The notes: generated by a model from the sequence alone, not told the origin. 64,000 nt of DNA from Bacillota bacterium (GCA_021324975.1 JAJPIA010000069.1:5020-69019), one strand, 5' to 3'. Positions 48,463-59,097 are shown, counted from the first letter of the stretch. Numbers and translations: made by a program.

Positions 48463-49479
48463 ATGCCGTGGATAGTCTTCTCCTACTCGCTGCCGTCCGC
48501 GGGGCGGTCCAGTCCGCGGGTTGCGGTATGGCGCCGCCTGCGTGCGCTGGGGGCGGTGTCTCCCAAAGGAGGCGTCCACGTCTTGCCCGCGCGCGACGAG
48601 TGCCTGGAGGCCTTCCAGTGGCTCGCTCAGGAAGTCGAGCAAGCCAAGGGAGAGGCGCTCCTGATGCGCGTCGAGCGGTTCGAAGGATTGAGCGACGCTC
48701 AACTGATCGCGCTATTCCAGGAGGCGCGGAAGGCCGACTACGCGACGCTGGATGAGCGCGCGGCGGACCTTGAGAAGACGCTTGTCGGTTCGCGCAAACG
48801 GTCGCCCGGAGATGATGCGCAGGCGCGGGATCTCGTGGCCCGACTCAGGCGGGAGCATGCTGAGATCGCTCGCATCGACTTCTTTAACGGGCCCACAGGG
48901 GCGCAGGTCGCCTCGCGGCTCGCCAGGATAGAGGAAGCGCTCGCCCCCGCTCGGCCCGAGACAGCGTTGCCGGCACATGCGACGCCGTCAGCTTACCGGA
49001 ACAAGCATTGGGTGACCCGGCCCAACCCCCACGTCGATAGGCTGTCATGCGCCTGGCTCATTCGGCGCTTCATCAACCCTCGTGCCGTGATTCGCTATTC
49101 AACCACCCCGCGATCGGACGAAGTTGCGTTCGACATGAGCCACGGCCCCTTCAGCCACCACGGCAACCTGTGCACCTTTGAGGTCATGCTCGAAACGTTC
49201 GGGCTGCACGATCCGGCTCTTGCGGTGATGGCTGAGATCGTCCACGAGATCGATCTGCACGATGGCCGGTACGCCCGTCCTGAGGTGTCCGGGATCGAGG
49301 CGGTGCTGCGCGGGTGGATGTCGCGAGCCGATGCCGACCGCGAAGTCCACGGCATCGCCCTCTTCGACGGCCTTCATGCGGCGCTCTCGCCCACACCTTC
49401 TCCGGCGCGCGGCAAAAGACGCCAGACCCAGAATAGAGCACGGGAAGACCGGGCAGGTGTCAGCGTCGATCGGGGCTGA
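48463..49479 (+). CDS. chrB: Chromate resistance regulator ChrB (N- and C-terminal ChrB domains)
   Basis: ChrB_N-like start MPWIVFSYSLP...RVAVWRRLRALGA; C-domain motif; 3' end may be shorter than the ORF. Confidence 0.7.
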   Translation: MPWIVFSYSLPSAGRSSPRVAVWRRLRALGAVSPKGGVHVLPARDECLEAFQWLAQEVEQAKGEALLMRVERFEGLSDAQLIALFQEARKADYATLDERAADLEKTLVGSRKRSPGDDAQARDLVARLRREHAEIARIDFFNGPTGAQVASRLARIEEALAPARPETALPAHATPSAYRNKHWVTRPNPHVDRLSCAWLIRRFINPRAVIRYSTTPRSDEVAFDMSHGPFSHHGNLCTFEVMLETFGLHDPALAVMAEIVHEIDLHDGRYARPEVSGIEAVLRGWMSRADADREVHGIALFDGLHAALSPTPSPARGKRRQTQNRAREDRAGVSVDRG

Positions 49480-50710
49480 TTGGTGGCGGCCCCTACCCCG
49501 AGGGTTTTCGGCCGATGCTCTGCGCGTACTCGCCGGCCGGAGCGTGCGGGCATTTGCCGATGGCTTCGTCTCTCTGCTCCTGCCTGTCTACCTGCTCCGG
49601 CTAGGCAACGGCCCGTTCGCCATCGGGTCGATCGTCACCGGCACCTTGGTGGGGTCCGCGCTACTCACCATGGCGTTGGGAATGGTGGCGCACCGGTACT
49701 CGCGTCGGTGGATGCTGCGCGCCGCCTGCCTGCTGATGGTGGCGACCGGGGCCGGGTTCGCGCTTATCCACAACTACTGGCCGATGCTCATCATCGCGTT
49801 CGTCGGAACCCTGAACCCGTCGAGCGGTGATGTGAGCGTGTTCCTCCCGCTCGAGCATACCGTGCTGGCCGAGGCGGTAGACCCGACGCGGCGGACGGCG
49901 CTGTTTGCCCGGTACAGCCTGTTCGGCACGCTCATGGGCGCACTCGGTACGCTGGCCGCCGCGATGCCCGACCTCGCGGCGTCGCGACTCGGCCTCGATC
50001 GACTCGCTACCCTGCAAGGCATGTTCTGGCTTTACGGAGCGCTCGGCGCAGTCGCGCTCGCGCTCTACCGCCCCCTCTCCCGCGCGGTTGAAGGGCGCAC
50101 CGCGACGGAGGTCCCACGCAGCGCACTGAGAGAATCGAAGGGCATCGTGTACAGTCTCGCGGCGTTGTTCAGCCTCGATTCGTTCGGAGGAGGATTCTTT
50201 GTCCAGTCACTGCTCGCACTGTGGCTTTTTCAGGCATTCCATTTGTCGGTGCCGGCGGCTTCGGCGATCCTGTTCTGGAGCAGTATCTGCGCGGCGGTGT
50301 CATTTCTCGTGGCCGTGCCGCTCTCCGAGCGCATCGGCCTCATCAATACGATGGTCTTTACGCACCTGCCGTCCAACATTTTCTTGATCCTCGTCCCCTT
50401 TGCGCCGAACCTTCCAACGGCTATCGGCCTGCTGCTGGCCCGCAACGCGCTGTCCCAGATGGACGTGCCGACCCGGACGTCGTACGTAATGGCGGTCGTG
50501 ACGCCGGCGGAGCGGCCGGCGGCGGCAAGCGTCACGGCCGTCCCGCGGAGTCTGGCTGCTTCCGTCAGCCCGATCCTGGGAGGTTATCTGCTCAGCCTGT
50601 CGGCGTTCGGCTGGCCGTTAATTATCGGCGGCGCACTAAAAGCCGCGTACGATATCTTGCTGCTGGTCAAGTTCCGCAAAGTTCGCCCCGCGGAAGAGCG
50701 CGCGCGATAG
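49457..50710 (+). CDS. MFS transporter
   Basis: ~12 TM; GTG start at 49457 inferred (no in-frame ATG before first TM); overlaps the chrB ORF end. Confidence 0.6.
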   Translation: MSASIGADWWRPLPRGFSADALRVLAGRSVRAFADGFVSLLLPVYLLRLGNGPFAIGSIVTGTLVGSALLTMALGMVAHRYSRRWMLRAACLLMVATGAGFALIHNYWPMLIIAFVGTLNPSSGDVSVFLPLEHTVLAEAVDPTRRTALFARYSLFGTLMGALGTLAAAMPDLAASRLGLDRLATLQGMFWLYGALGAVALALYRPLSRAVEGRTATEVPRSALRESKGIVYSLAALFSLDSFGGGFFVQSLLALWLFQAFHLSVPAASAILFWSSICAAVSFLVAVPLSERIGLINTMVFTHLPSNIFLILVPFAPNLPTAIGLLLARNALSQMDVPTRTSYVMAVVTPAERPAAASVTAVPRSLAASVSPILGGYLLSLSAFGWPLIIGGALKAAYDILLLVKFRKVRPAEERAR

Positions 50711-50906
50711 GCTCGGCCCGACTGCGTCGCCGCCTGCGTTCACGCGGGCGAACTCCCGCACATGGCGGAAGACGTGACTGCGCTCGTCGTCCGCGCGTGA
50801 CCATAACGCGCGGCCTGATCCGCCACCGCCTGCTGGCGCGGGGGACGGCTTCGACGATTTAGCCCATCCCGAGCGCGGTGATCGCCGTCACGCTGGACTC
50901 ACCGCG

Positions 50907-51326
50907 TCAGAATCCGAAGGTACGCACCCAGGCGGGGTTCACCCGGAACAGCGCGCGGTTCGCGGGCATCACCTCGCCGCCCCATCTCTGCGCCAGGTCG
51001 GGACGGTACTTGTCGAGCAGCGCACGGACGAGCGCACGCCGCGCCGGCGTGTCCTCATCGAGATACTCGACGCGGCCGCCGACGATGACCGCGCGGGCGT
51101 CCGCGCGCGAGCCCGACTCGGCGACGACGCAGACGCGGGGGTCGCGCCGGACGTTGCGGATCTTCTGCGTCGCGGCGACGCTGACCATGGTCAGCGCCTC
51201 GGCATCATGCCAAAACCACATCGGCATCGAGAGCGGCGAGCCGTCCGCCTGAAGCGTGGACAGCACGACGACTTCCTTCGTGCCGAGAAACTGCTGGATC
51301 GTGTCATCGCTGAAACGATGGCTCAC
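50907..51326 (-). CDS. PPOX-class (pyridoxamine 5'-phosphate oxidase-like) F420/FMN split-barrel protein
   Basis: Split-barrel fold features, 139 aa. Confidence 0.7.
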   Translation of the reverse strand: MSHRFSDDTIQQFLGTKEVVVLSTLQADGSPLSMPMWFWHDAEALTMVSVAATQKIRNVRRDPRVCVVAESGSRADARAVIVGGRVEYLDEDTPARRALVRALLDKYRPDLAQRWGGEVMPANRALFRVNPAWVRTFGF

Positions 51327-51453
51327 GGGTCGCCCCTCCTCGGGTTCCGGCTACAGACGGCGGAGCACGAGAAATCCGTGAATGAGCGTTGCCACCAGGG
51401 CCCCGAGCACGACACCCAGGTCGTCTTCGCCATCAGTCTTCGGTCACCCGAAA

Positions 51454-51882
51454 CTACCAGCGAGTCACCCCGGCCGGGAATTGTTCCTCTGGCATGGCGA
51501 ACACGACCAGCGGGCGCACCTCGAACACGGTCCCCTGAAGTTCCCAGCGGTATTTCGTCCGGTATTCCGCGGCTACCTGACCCGGGATCTCCGAGTCCGC
51601 AAGTTGGCGAGCCACACCTTCCAGGATCACGGCCTCCGCCGCGTTATCGTTGCACACCACACAGGACGGGTTCTTCGCGAGGTTGCGCGCCTTGCGGCTT
51701 TTGTCGCCTGCACTGCAGTACCACGCGCCGTCCAGCCACACGCCCCATACCGGCATGATGTGAGGAGCGCCGCCGGGCCGCGTGGTCGTCAACCAATAAT
51801 TGTGGGACCGAGCGAGGCGTTCGCGCGCCCATTCCCATGACAGCATGCCCTCCGACGACTTCGGGACGCCATACCCTTCCAT
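51454..51882 (-). CDS. Pyridoxamine 5'-phosphate oxidase family (FMN-binding split barrel) protein
   Basis: HIMPVWGVWLDGAWYCS motif; internal ATG at 51882. Confidence 0.65.
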   Translation of the reverse strand: MEGYGVPKSSEGMLSWEWARERLARSHNYWLTTTRPGGAPHIMPVWGVWLDGAWYCSAGDKSRKARNLAKNPSCVVCNDNAAEAVILEGVARQLADSEIPGQVAAEYRTKYRWELQGTVFEVRPLVVFAMPEEQFPAGVTRW

Positions 51883-52072
51883 GCGCGGCCGTGAAGCCGC
51901 CGGTTCCCGTCCCCCAGTCTTTCCGTCATCCGCCATCGCCAACCTCCCCTACCTGGACAGCCGTGTAGTGATTATTTCCGGCGCCCGCCGCGCCGCATCT
52001 GAATCCGCCCTGCTGACTCAGTAGCGGCCGCAACGCGCGCAAGCTAGGGCGCTCGCCGTGTAACATAGGGCT

Positions 52073-52318
52073 TTAACCGAGGGTGCGCTTCATCTCCTCA
52101 AATTGTTCCTTGGTGATCTCGCCGCTCGCGTAGCGGCGCCTGAGCACTTCCAGCGCAGTGTCCTGCTGGGGCGGGGCTAACACGTTGCGACCAGCAAATG
52201 CCCGGATCACGATAACAATGGCGGCAATGACGAGCCCCCAGAATACGAGCATCATGATCCACCCTCCGATCATCCATCCCCAGTTCCACGGTCCAGGGCC
52301 ATATGGGCCGTACGGCAT
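52073..52318 (-). CDS. SHOCT-domain membrane protein
   Basis: One TM then C-terminal SHOCT-like LEVLRRRYASGEITKEQFEEMKRTL; GGAGGTG SD upstream of ATG 52318. Confidence 0.65.
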   Translation of the reverse strand: MPYGPYGPGPWNWGWMIGGWIMMLVFWGLVIAAIVIVIRAFAGRNVLAPPQQDTALEVLRRRYASGEITKEQFEEMKRTLG

Positions 52319-52536
52319 CCTCGATCCCACCTCCGACACGATCTGAGCATCAGTTTGCCGGGCACTCGGAAACGCTTCCAAACAGCGTCGTCAATGAGTC
52401 CTCGTCAGGACGTGCTTACCCGGTCCCTCCGCGCGCGCGTCCAGGCTGACCAGTCCGTCGCCGAAGTGGGCGATCAACAAGCAGGCGCCGATCCGCGACA
52501 GGTCCGCGAGGAGGAACCCCTCCTGCATCTGCGCTA

Positions 52537-53061
52537 TCATTTGGATAACAACACCTTACGGTGTTTGAAGCGCGGAGGCCAGCCATGCCTCGAACGTGTG
52601 GCATGCGGACCCGGCAACAGGATGCCCGTCTCATAGAGTGCATGGTCTGGGTCGGCGGGATCGGTCACGCCCTCGATCCGAAGCGAGCCGCCGCGCGCGA
52701 CCACGAGCAGCCTCGCCATGTCGACGAGGCTTTCTTCACGCGGACCGGCGATCTCCGGGATGGGCCCCTTAGAGCCCGATGCGGGCGCTGGTCCGGTTGC
52801 CAGATCCACCAGCGCCTCGGCGACGGTCCTCGCCGCGACCAACTGGGTGCGCATTTTCGGCACATAGCTCACCTCGCCCCGCCGGCCCCACTCTACGAGC
52901 TGCGAAACGAACTCATGAAACTGCGCCGCGCGCAGGATCTGCGCCGGGATCGGGCCCGACAACATGGCCCGCTCGTGGGCGGCCTTTGCCGCCCCGTAAC
53001 CCCCGGTGAAGCGGTCGCACCCGATAATGGAGTGAATATCAAAAAGCGCCGCGATGCGCAC
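52537..53061 (-). pseudogene. N-terminally truncated atypical-SDR/NmrA (YbjT-like) NAD(P)-binding protein; C-terminal half only, with an acquired GTG start and AAGGAGA SD
   Basis: Matches only the C-terminal half of NmrA/YbjT-like proteins (YGAAKAAHE...); no Rossmann GxxGxxG region; AT-rich junction at 53062-53100 immediately upstream. Confidence 0.45.
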
Positions 53062-53158
53062 CAGAAGTTCTCCTTAGTATTAGTATAAGTACGGTGGGCG
53101 AGGTCGGACGGGCCGGCGCCACGGGGCTATTGATAAGGTCGTCAAGGCGGCGAAGCCT

Positions 53159-53986
53159 ATGACCACGGCATCTCTCAATCTCGTCCTGGTGTTGCTGGGG
53201 CGCAATTTCTCACGGTCGTCCGACGCTTCAGCTCGCAGCACCGACGTGCGCGGAACGCGCCACGCCGCGGCAATCACGGCCATCGCAGCGTTCTTGGCCT
53301 TGCCGGGCACCTGGGATACACAAGCGGCGCTCCCCGGCTCCGCACGGGCGTCCAACGTGCAAGCCCAGGGAAACCAGCCATCGTTGGTTGGTCGCGCTTC
53401 AATGATCTGCGGCGCCGGTGCGCCGCCCGTTCGCCCGGGTGTGGGCATCGGGCCAATCCAGCTCGGCATGTCGCCCGCGGCCGGGGCACAACTCCTCAAG
53501 GCCACGGTAGTCGATACGTTGTCATACTTCAGAGACGCCACGCGTGTATTCACGTTCACGTACGTTGTGCCTGCACCCACGGCTCCCCCGGAACCGAACC
53601 TGCTTATACTGTCGCAAGACGATCGCATTGTAGCCATCAAGCTGGCCTGGGATCGCGCGTTCACCGAGCGGTGCGTTACCGCCTCCGGGATCCACCTCGG
53701 CAGCCCGCAGCAGACCGTTCGTGCCGTGTACGGGCGTCCCCAAAGCACGCTCGCCGCCGGGCTCCCCATGAACACGGGCATCTACCGCATCGAGGATTAC
53801 GTCTACAATGCCGACGGCATAGCCTTCAGCTTCGAGCCCGCGGCGGCTATACGGTCTCGCTGGACGCCGCCCGCGGTTACGAGCCTCACGGTCTTTCCAC
53901 CGGGCCGGTTTTGCGACGTGCTCAATGCCTACCCGCTGCTGTTGCACGATGCGCTGTCCTGCGCGATGTTCGAGCCCCGGCCCTAG
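53159..53986 (+). CDS. Hypothetical secreted protein in a lower-GC segment
   Basis: ORF with hydrophobic N-terminus; GC3 noticeably lower than neighbouring genes; minus ORF 53080..53781 taken as antisense. Confidence 0.4.
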   Translation: MTTASLNLVLVLLGRNFSRSSDASARSTDVRGTRHAAAITAIAAFLALPGTWDTQAALPGSARASNVQAQGNQPSLVGRASMICGAGAPPVRPGVGIGPIQLGMSPAAGAQLLKATVVDTLSYFRDATRVFTFTYVVPAPTAPPEPNLLILSQDDRIVAIKLAWDRAFTERCVTASGIHLGSPQQTVRAVYGRPQSTLAAGLPMNTGIYRIEDYVYNADGIAFSFEPAAAIRSRWTPPAVTSLTVFPPGRFCDVLNAYPLLLHDALSCAMFEPRP

Positions 53987-54034
53987 CTCAAACTCGCCGA
54001 CCGATGTCGGCCGCGGGACGGTGCCTCCGCGAGC

Positions 54035-54793
54035 TTACCTGGCGAGAATGGCGTCCACGAACGCCTTGGAACGCGCACTCTGAGGGTGATCGAAGAACTG
54101 CCCGGGAACAGCCTCCTCCACGATGGCGCCCTGGTCCATGAACACGATCCGATCGCTGATTTCCCGCGCAAACCCCATCTCGTGCGTCGCGATGAGCATG
54201 GTGACGCCGGTGTGGGCCAGCTGCCGGATGACGTCCAGCACCTCCTTGATCGTTTCCGGATCGAGCGCCGACGTCGGCTCGTCGAACAGCATCACTTTGG
54301 GATTCATCGCAAGCGCCCGGGCGATGGCCACGCGCTGCTGCTGCCCGCCGGACAGCTCCGAGGGATAGGCCTGCATCTTATCCTCAAGACCGACGCGTTC
54401 GAGGAGCTCTGCCGCGGTCCGCCGCGCCGCCGCCCGCGGAGCGCGGCGGACATGCACCGGTCCGGACATGACGTTTTCCGCCGCGGTCATGTGCGGGAAC
54501 AGATTGAAGCTCTGGAAGACCATTCCAATCTCGGTCCGCTGCCCCGCGACGATGCGGTCCGGCAGGTTCACGAGCCGTCCTCTTTCCTCGCGGTGGCCGA
54601 TAAGGTGCCCGTCCACCAGGATCCGCCCGCGGTCGACACGCTCCAGGTGGTTGATGCATCGAAGCAGCGTGCTCTTACCGGAGCCGCTCGCGCCGACAAG
54701 CACGATGACTTCTCCGGGCGCGACGCGCACCGTGATCCCGCGAAGGGCGTGAAGCGACCCGTAGAACTTGTGGACATCAAGGACCTCGACCAT
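54035..54793 (-). CDS. Polar amino-acid ABC transporter ATP-binding protein
   Basis: Walker [10 protein letters not shown], signature [15 protein letters not shown], Walker [12 protein letters not shown]. Confidence 0.85.
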   Translation of the reverse strand: MVEVLDVHKFYGSLHALRGITVRVAPGEVIVLVGASGSGKSTLLRCINHLERVDRGRILVDGHLIGHREERGRLVNLPDRIVAGQRTEIGMVFQSFNLFPHMTAAENVMSGPVHVRRAPRAAARRTAAELLERVGLEDKMQAYPSELSGGQQQRVAIARALAMNPKVMLFDEPTSALDPETIKEVLDVIRQLAHTGVTMLIATHEMGFAREISDRIVFMDQGAIVEEAVPGQFFDHPQSARSKAFVDAILAR

Positions 54794-54804
54794 GAGCGCG
54801 GCGT

Positions 54805-55536
54805 TCACGTCGGCGTCACCGATTCGATGGCGGGCGGCATGGTCCGATAATCCCCGGGGCCGCCGCGGCGGCGCGTGACGGACCTCGCCAGCCGGCGCTC
54901 GATGGCGCGCTGGATCAGCGTCCACGCCCCGGTCAGCGCAAGATAGTAGATCGACGCGACGGCAAACAACTCGAGGACCCGAAAGCTGCTTTGGATCGCC
55001 TCTTCCGTCGCGCGGAATAACTCTTCCATCGAGATGACGGACACGAGGGACGTGCTCTTCAGCATGCTGTTGACTTGGTTCCCTATCGGCGGCACGGCGG
55101 TCCGGGCCGCTTGCGGCAGGAGCACGACCCGCATCGCCTTCCAGTAGGTCATGCCGAGCGCCTGGGCGGCCTCCATTTGCCCGCGGTGCACGGCCTCGAT
55201 GGCCGCGCGGATGATCTCCGCGACGTACGCGCCTTCGTTGACGCTAAGCGCCAGCAGCGCCGACTCGGCGACGCCCAACCGGATGCCAAACGCCGGGAGA
55301 CCGCTGTAGACGAAGACCAGTTGAACGAGGAGCGGCGTGCCCCGGATCAAGGTCGTGTACCCGGCGTAGCAGGCCCGCGCGACCGGATGGCCCCAAACGT
55401 AGAGGATCGCCGCGATGAGCCCGATCGTGATCCCGCACGCCATCGAGACGGCCGTAAGCCACACTGTGGTCCAGACACCATGAAGGATGAACCCGGCGGG
55501 AAGGTACCTCAGGAATGCCGACCAGCTCCACGACAT
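54805..55536 (-). CDS. Polar amino-acid ABC transporter permease (HisM/GlnP-type)
   Basis: 5-TM permease with EAA-like loop ([22 protein letters not shown]). Confidence 0.85.
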   Translation of the reverse strand: MSWSWSAFLRYLPAGFILHGVWTTVWLTAVSMACGITIGLIAAILYVWGHPVARACYAGYTTLIRGTPLLVQLVFVYSGLPAFGIRLGVAESALLALSVNEGAYVAEIIRAAIEAVHRGQMEAAQALGMTYWKAMRVVLLPQAARTAVPPIGNQVNSMLKSTSLVSVISMEELFRATEEAIQSSFRVLELFAVASIYYLALTGAWTLIQRAIERRLARSVTRRRGGPGDYRTMPPAIESVTPT

Positions 55537-55584
55537 GGCGGCGCGCGTGACTCCCCGGCGCGATCGGCGTCGGGCGTCGGACGG

Positions 55585-56418
55585 CTAGAAGAACTCGATC
55601 ATGCCTGACCCGAGATGCCACTCGCCCATGAGCCTGGCGTACGTCCCATCGGCCTTGAGCGTGTAGAGCGCGGCCGTCAGCGGGCCGGTGAGCGCGGCGT
55701 TCCTCGGCGACACGGCCAGGCCGTTAAACGTCGGGTTCTTTCCGCCAAAAGCCAGCTCGATGCGGCCGCCGCCTTTTTGGCTCACGTAGTAGGTAACGAT
55801 CGGCTCGTCGCCCATCACGACGTCGGCGCGGCCGTCGATGAGCTGCGTGAACGCGTCGGCAACCGTGGAGAACGTCTTGAGATCGATCGGCGGCTTGCCG
55901 TGCGCGACGCAGTCCTGACTCTGTGCGCGGATGACCCGCTCGTACACGGACCCGAGCAGCTCGGCCGCGTGCAGCCCGCACGTGTCGGGAAGATCATGGA
56001 CGCCGCGGGGGTTGCCCTTGGCGACGGCGGCACCCTGCGCGGTCCGCCGATACGGCACGAAGTCCACCGCCTCCGCGCGCTGCGGCGTGATCAGCATGGA
56101 GCTGCACACCACGTCGAACCGGCCCGCATTGAGCGCGGGGATCAAGCCCGAGAACTGTAGGTTGGTCCACTCGACTCGAAGGCCCAGCCGCCGGCCGATC
56201 TCGTTGCACAGGGCAAAATCGACGCCCGCCATGTTGTGACTGGCGTCGAGAAACGTGCCCGGCGGTTGCGTGAAGTCAGCGCCAAATCGGATGACGCCCG
56301 CCTTTCGTACCGCGTCCGGCACCGGGATGGCGTTTGGCGGCGCCTGGGCGCCGGCGCCGGTTGCAAACGCGAGCCATCCGATGAGCACAGCGGCACAGAC
56401 CGCATGTGGGTTGCGCAT
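55585..56418 (-). CDS. Polar amino-acid ABC transporter substrate-binding protein
   Basis: Signal peptide, SBP_bac_3-like; strong SD GAGAGGAGAGAG before ATG 56418. Confidence 0.8.
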   Translation of the reverse strand: MRNPHAVCAAVLIGWLAFATGAGAQAPPNAIPVPDAVRKAGVIRFGADFTQPPGTFLDASHNMAGVDFALCNEIGRRLGLRVEWTNLQFSGLIPALNAGRFDVVCSSMLITPQRAEAVDFVPYRRTAQGAAVAKGNPRGVHDLPDTCGLHAAELLGSVYERVIRAQSQDCVAHGKPPIDLKTFSTVADAFTQLIDGRADVVMGDEPIVTYYVSQKGGGRIELAFGGKNPTFNGLAVSPRNAALTGPLTAALYTLKADGTYARLMGEWHLGSGMIEFF

Positions 56419-56453
56419 CGCTCTCTCCTCTCTGTTTGCGGTCACCTCTCGGC

Positions 56454-57350
56454 TCATGCGCGCGTTGCGTGCATGCTCCCGCGCTCGGACCGGACGAGCC
56501 GGCGATAGGCCGCGAGCAGGTCGGCGGTCACGGGTCCCGGCGTTCCCGCCCCGATTACCCGGCCGTCGATTTCGACGACCGCCACCAACTCCTGCACCGT
56601 CCCGGTCGTGAAGACCTCGTCCGCGGAGTACACGTCGAACAGCGACACCTGGCGCTCCCATACTTCACGGCCGCCCGCCCGGGCCAGTTCGATCGTCGCG
56701 CGTCGAGTAATACCGTGCAGGCACGCCGTCGACCATGGCGTTGCGAGTACGCCGTCGCGGACGATGAAGACATTGGAGGAGTCCGTCTCGGCGACGAAGC
56801 CTGCGCGGTCCAGCATGAGCGCGCCGTCTACCCCGGCGCGGTTGGCTTCCAGCTTCGCCAGGATGCTGTTGAGCTGATTTGCGCTGTGAATCCCGGGGTC
56901 CAAGACGTCGGGCTCGGGCCGCCGGATCCCCACGGTGCGCAGGCGGATGCCGGGCGGACTCTGTGGCACCGGCTTGAGTTCCGGGATCATCACGATCGTG
57001 GCTCGGCCGGTGACGTTCCGGGGATTCATCCCGGAGGTGAGCCGCTCCCCGCGGGTCACCATCAGGCGGATGTGCACACCGTCCCGAAATCCGTTCGCGT
57101 CAAGTGTGGCATACACGACATCCGAGAGAGCCGCCCGGGTCAGGGGGATCGTGATCTCGACGGCTTTCGCGGATCGCCAGAGGCGATCGAGATGCTCGTC
57201 GAGCCTAAAGACGACGCCGTCGTAGACCCGCAGTCCTTCCCACACCGCATCGCCTGATTGGAACGACGCGTCAAAAACAGAGACGCGGGCATCCGATCGG
57301 GGAACGATCCTTCCATCCACGTAGATGTGGAGTTCTCGCGTTGACCCCAC
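56454..57350 (-). CDS. Class IV aminotransferase (branched-chain amino acid / D-amino acid aminotransferase family)
   Basis: Fold-type IV features; GTG start with AGAGGAG SD. Confidence 0.8.
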   Translation of the reverse strand: MGSTRELHIYVDGRIVPRSDARVSVFDASFQSGDAVWEGLRVYDGVVFRLDEHLDRLWRSAKAVEITIPLTRAALSDVVYATLDANGFRDGVHIRLMVTRGERLTSGMNPRNVTGRATIVMIPELKPVPQSPPGIRLRTVGIRRPEPDVLDPGIHSANQLNSILAKLEANRAGVDGALMLDRAGFVAETDSSNVFIVRDGVLATPWSTACLHGITRRATIELARAGGREVWERQVSLFDVYSADEVFTTGTVQELVAVVEIDGRVIGAGTPGPVTADLLAAYRRLVRSERGSMHATRA

Positions 57351-57452
57351 GCAGCGCTCCTCTTTTGAAATCGTATACCGTATACGATATTATATGAAAT
57401 AATATCGGGGCGCCCGACGCCGCGTCAAGCGCGCGGCCCGCGCGCAACATCT

Positions 57453-58208
57453 ATGGGCAAATCAGCAGAGACCGGAGTGAACAGGCCACGGGCAGCGCTT
57501 GCCGGCTACCGGACCAAGACGCAGCTGGTCTACGAAGGATTGCGCGAGGCGATTCGCGCCGGCCATTATCCGCCGGGCAGCCGTCTCGTGGCCGACCAGA
57601 TCGCCAGCACCCACGGCACGAGCAAGGTCCCGGTGCGCGAGGCGATCGTGCGACTTGCGGGAGAGGGGTGGCTCGAGATCCAGCCGCACGTGGGGGCGGT
57701 TGTGGCCAGGCTGTCCCCGGAAGAGGTACTGGAGACCGCCATCGTGCGGGCGGCCCTCGAGTCGAGAGCGGTCAGGCTTGCTACCGAGCGGTTGACAGCG
57801 CGTGACTTGTCACGGTTACGGGCGCTGCTGGTTCGCATGGACGCGGCCGCCACCCGGGCGTCCGGTCGCTATCCGGACCTCAACTTCCAATTCCACTCGG
57901 CGATCTTTTTGCGCTGCCCGTATCCGTTGCTCCGACAGCTCACCGCGTCCATGGCAGAGCGAAGTCTCAAGCTGCGGACCGTGCGCTTCCTGCCCGCATA
58001 CCTGCCGGAAACGCAGCGGGAACACTGGGCGCTATTTCGGGCGCTCGAGCGGCGCGATGCCGACGCCGCGGAACGTATCACCCGAGACCATATCGAGCAC
58101 GCGGGGCGGCTGCTATGGCAGTTCGCGGTCGCGCAGGCGAAACATGTTCCACCCGCCCGGGGACAGCGCCCGCGACCACTCAAGCACGCGGCGGCTGATG
58201 AAGGTTGA
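57453..58208 (+). CDS. GntR-family transcriptional regulator (FadR/FCD subfamily)
   Basis: N-terminal wHTH (QIASTHGTSKVPVREAIVRLAGEGWL) and FCD C-domain. Confidence 0.85.
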   Translation: MGKSAETGVNRPRAALAGYRTKTQLVYEGLREAIRAGHYPPGSRLVADQIASTHGTSKVPVREAIVRLAGEGWLEIQPHVGAVVARLSPEEVLETAIVRAALESRAVRLATERLTARDLSRLRALLVRMDAAATRASGRYPDLNFQFHSAIFLRCPYPLLRQLTASMAERSLKLRTVRFLPAYLPETQREHWALFRALERRDADAAERITRDHIEHAGRLLWQFAVAQAKHVPPARGQRPRPLKHAAADEG

Positions 58209-59097
58209 GCGGCTCGGCGCGGGCCCCATCATCACTCCGCAGACGGACGCGAGCATCGGCCCTAACATCAACGGGCCGTCTCTGATCCGCGTACCGGCTT
58301 GGGTTCACGGCCCGCTTGGCCGATATTACTTGTACTTCGCGGCGCATCGCGGCATGTTCATCCGGCTGGCGTACAGCGACGCGATTGCAGGCCCTTGGAG
58401 GGTCTACAGCCCGGGCACCCTCCGCTTGCCGGAGTCGATGTTTGTGGATCACATCGCCTCCCCGGACGTTCACGTCGATCAAGATGCCCAAGAGATCCTG
58501 ATGTACTACCACGGTCAGTGTGAAGACGGAACACAGGCCACGCGCCTGGCGGTGTCCAGGGATGGCCTCCACTTCCGCCCGATGCCGGAGAGGCTGGGAC
58601 CGTGGTACTTTCGGGTGTTCGGCTGGAACGGATTGCGGTATGCGTTGACGATGCCCGGCACGCTGTACTGGTCGCGTACAGGACGCGCACCCTTCGAACG
58701 AGGGCCGTCGATTCTCCCCCCGGACACAAGACACACAGCCGTTTGGCTCGACGGCGTCGTGCTTTACATCGTGTTCTCGCGCGTAGGCGACTGCCCGGAG
58801 CGGTTGCTCCTCAGTGCCGTTCGCTTGGAACCGGACTGGCGCAGATGGCGGGCGTCCTCGCCTCCCCAGATTCTGCTGGAACCCGATACCGCCGCCGAGG
58901 GCCGAGACTTGCTCCTCCGCCCTTCGGAACGCGGAGAAGCCGTAGAACGACTTCGGGAATTGCGTGATCCCGCCGTTTTTGAGGATGATGGCGGCCGCTA
59001 TCTCCTGTACAGCGTGGCCGGGGAATCCGGCATCGCTATCGCGCGGCTCGCCCCGGACGATCCTCTCATGCCGGCGTCACCGGGCGGAGTCGCCTGA
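58198..59097 (+). CDS. Hypothetical beta-propeller protein, possibly glycoside hydrolase-like (GH43/GH130/DUF377-like)
   Basis: ATG 58198 overlapping the GntR stop; no catalytic motif verified. Confidence 0.4.
   Translation: MKVERLGAGPIITPQTDASIGPNINGPSLIRVPAWVHGPLGRYYLYFAAHRGMFIRLAYSDAIAGPWRVYSPGTLRLPESMFVDHIASPDVHVDQDAQEILMYYHGQCEDGTQATRLAVSRDGLHFRPMPERLGPWYFRVFGWNGLRYALTMPGTLYWSRTGRAPFERGPSILPPDTRHTAVWLDGVVLYIVFSRVGDCPERLLLSAVRLEPDWRRWRASSPPQILLEPDTAAEGRDLLLRPSERGEAVERLRELRDPAVFEDDGGRYLLYSVAGESGIAIARLAPDDPLMPASPGGVA

Noticed and set aside
53080-53781. 233-aa minus-strand ORF
   Set aside because: Overlaps and is antisense to the signal-peptide-bearing plus ORF 53159..53986. Low-complexity composition.
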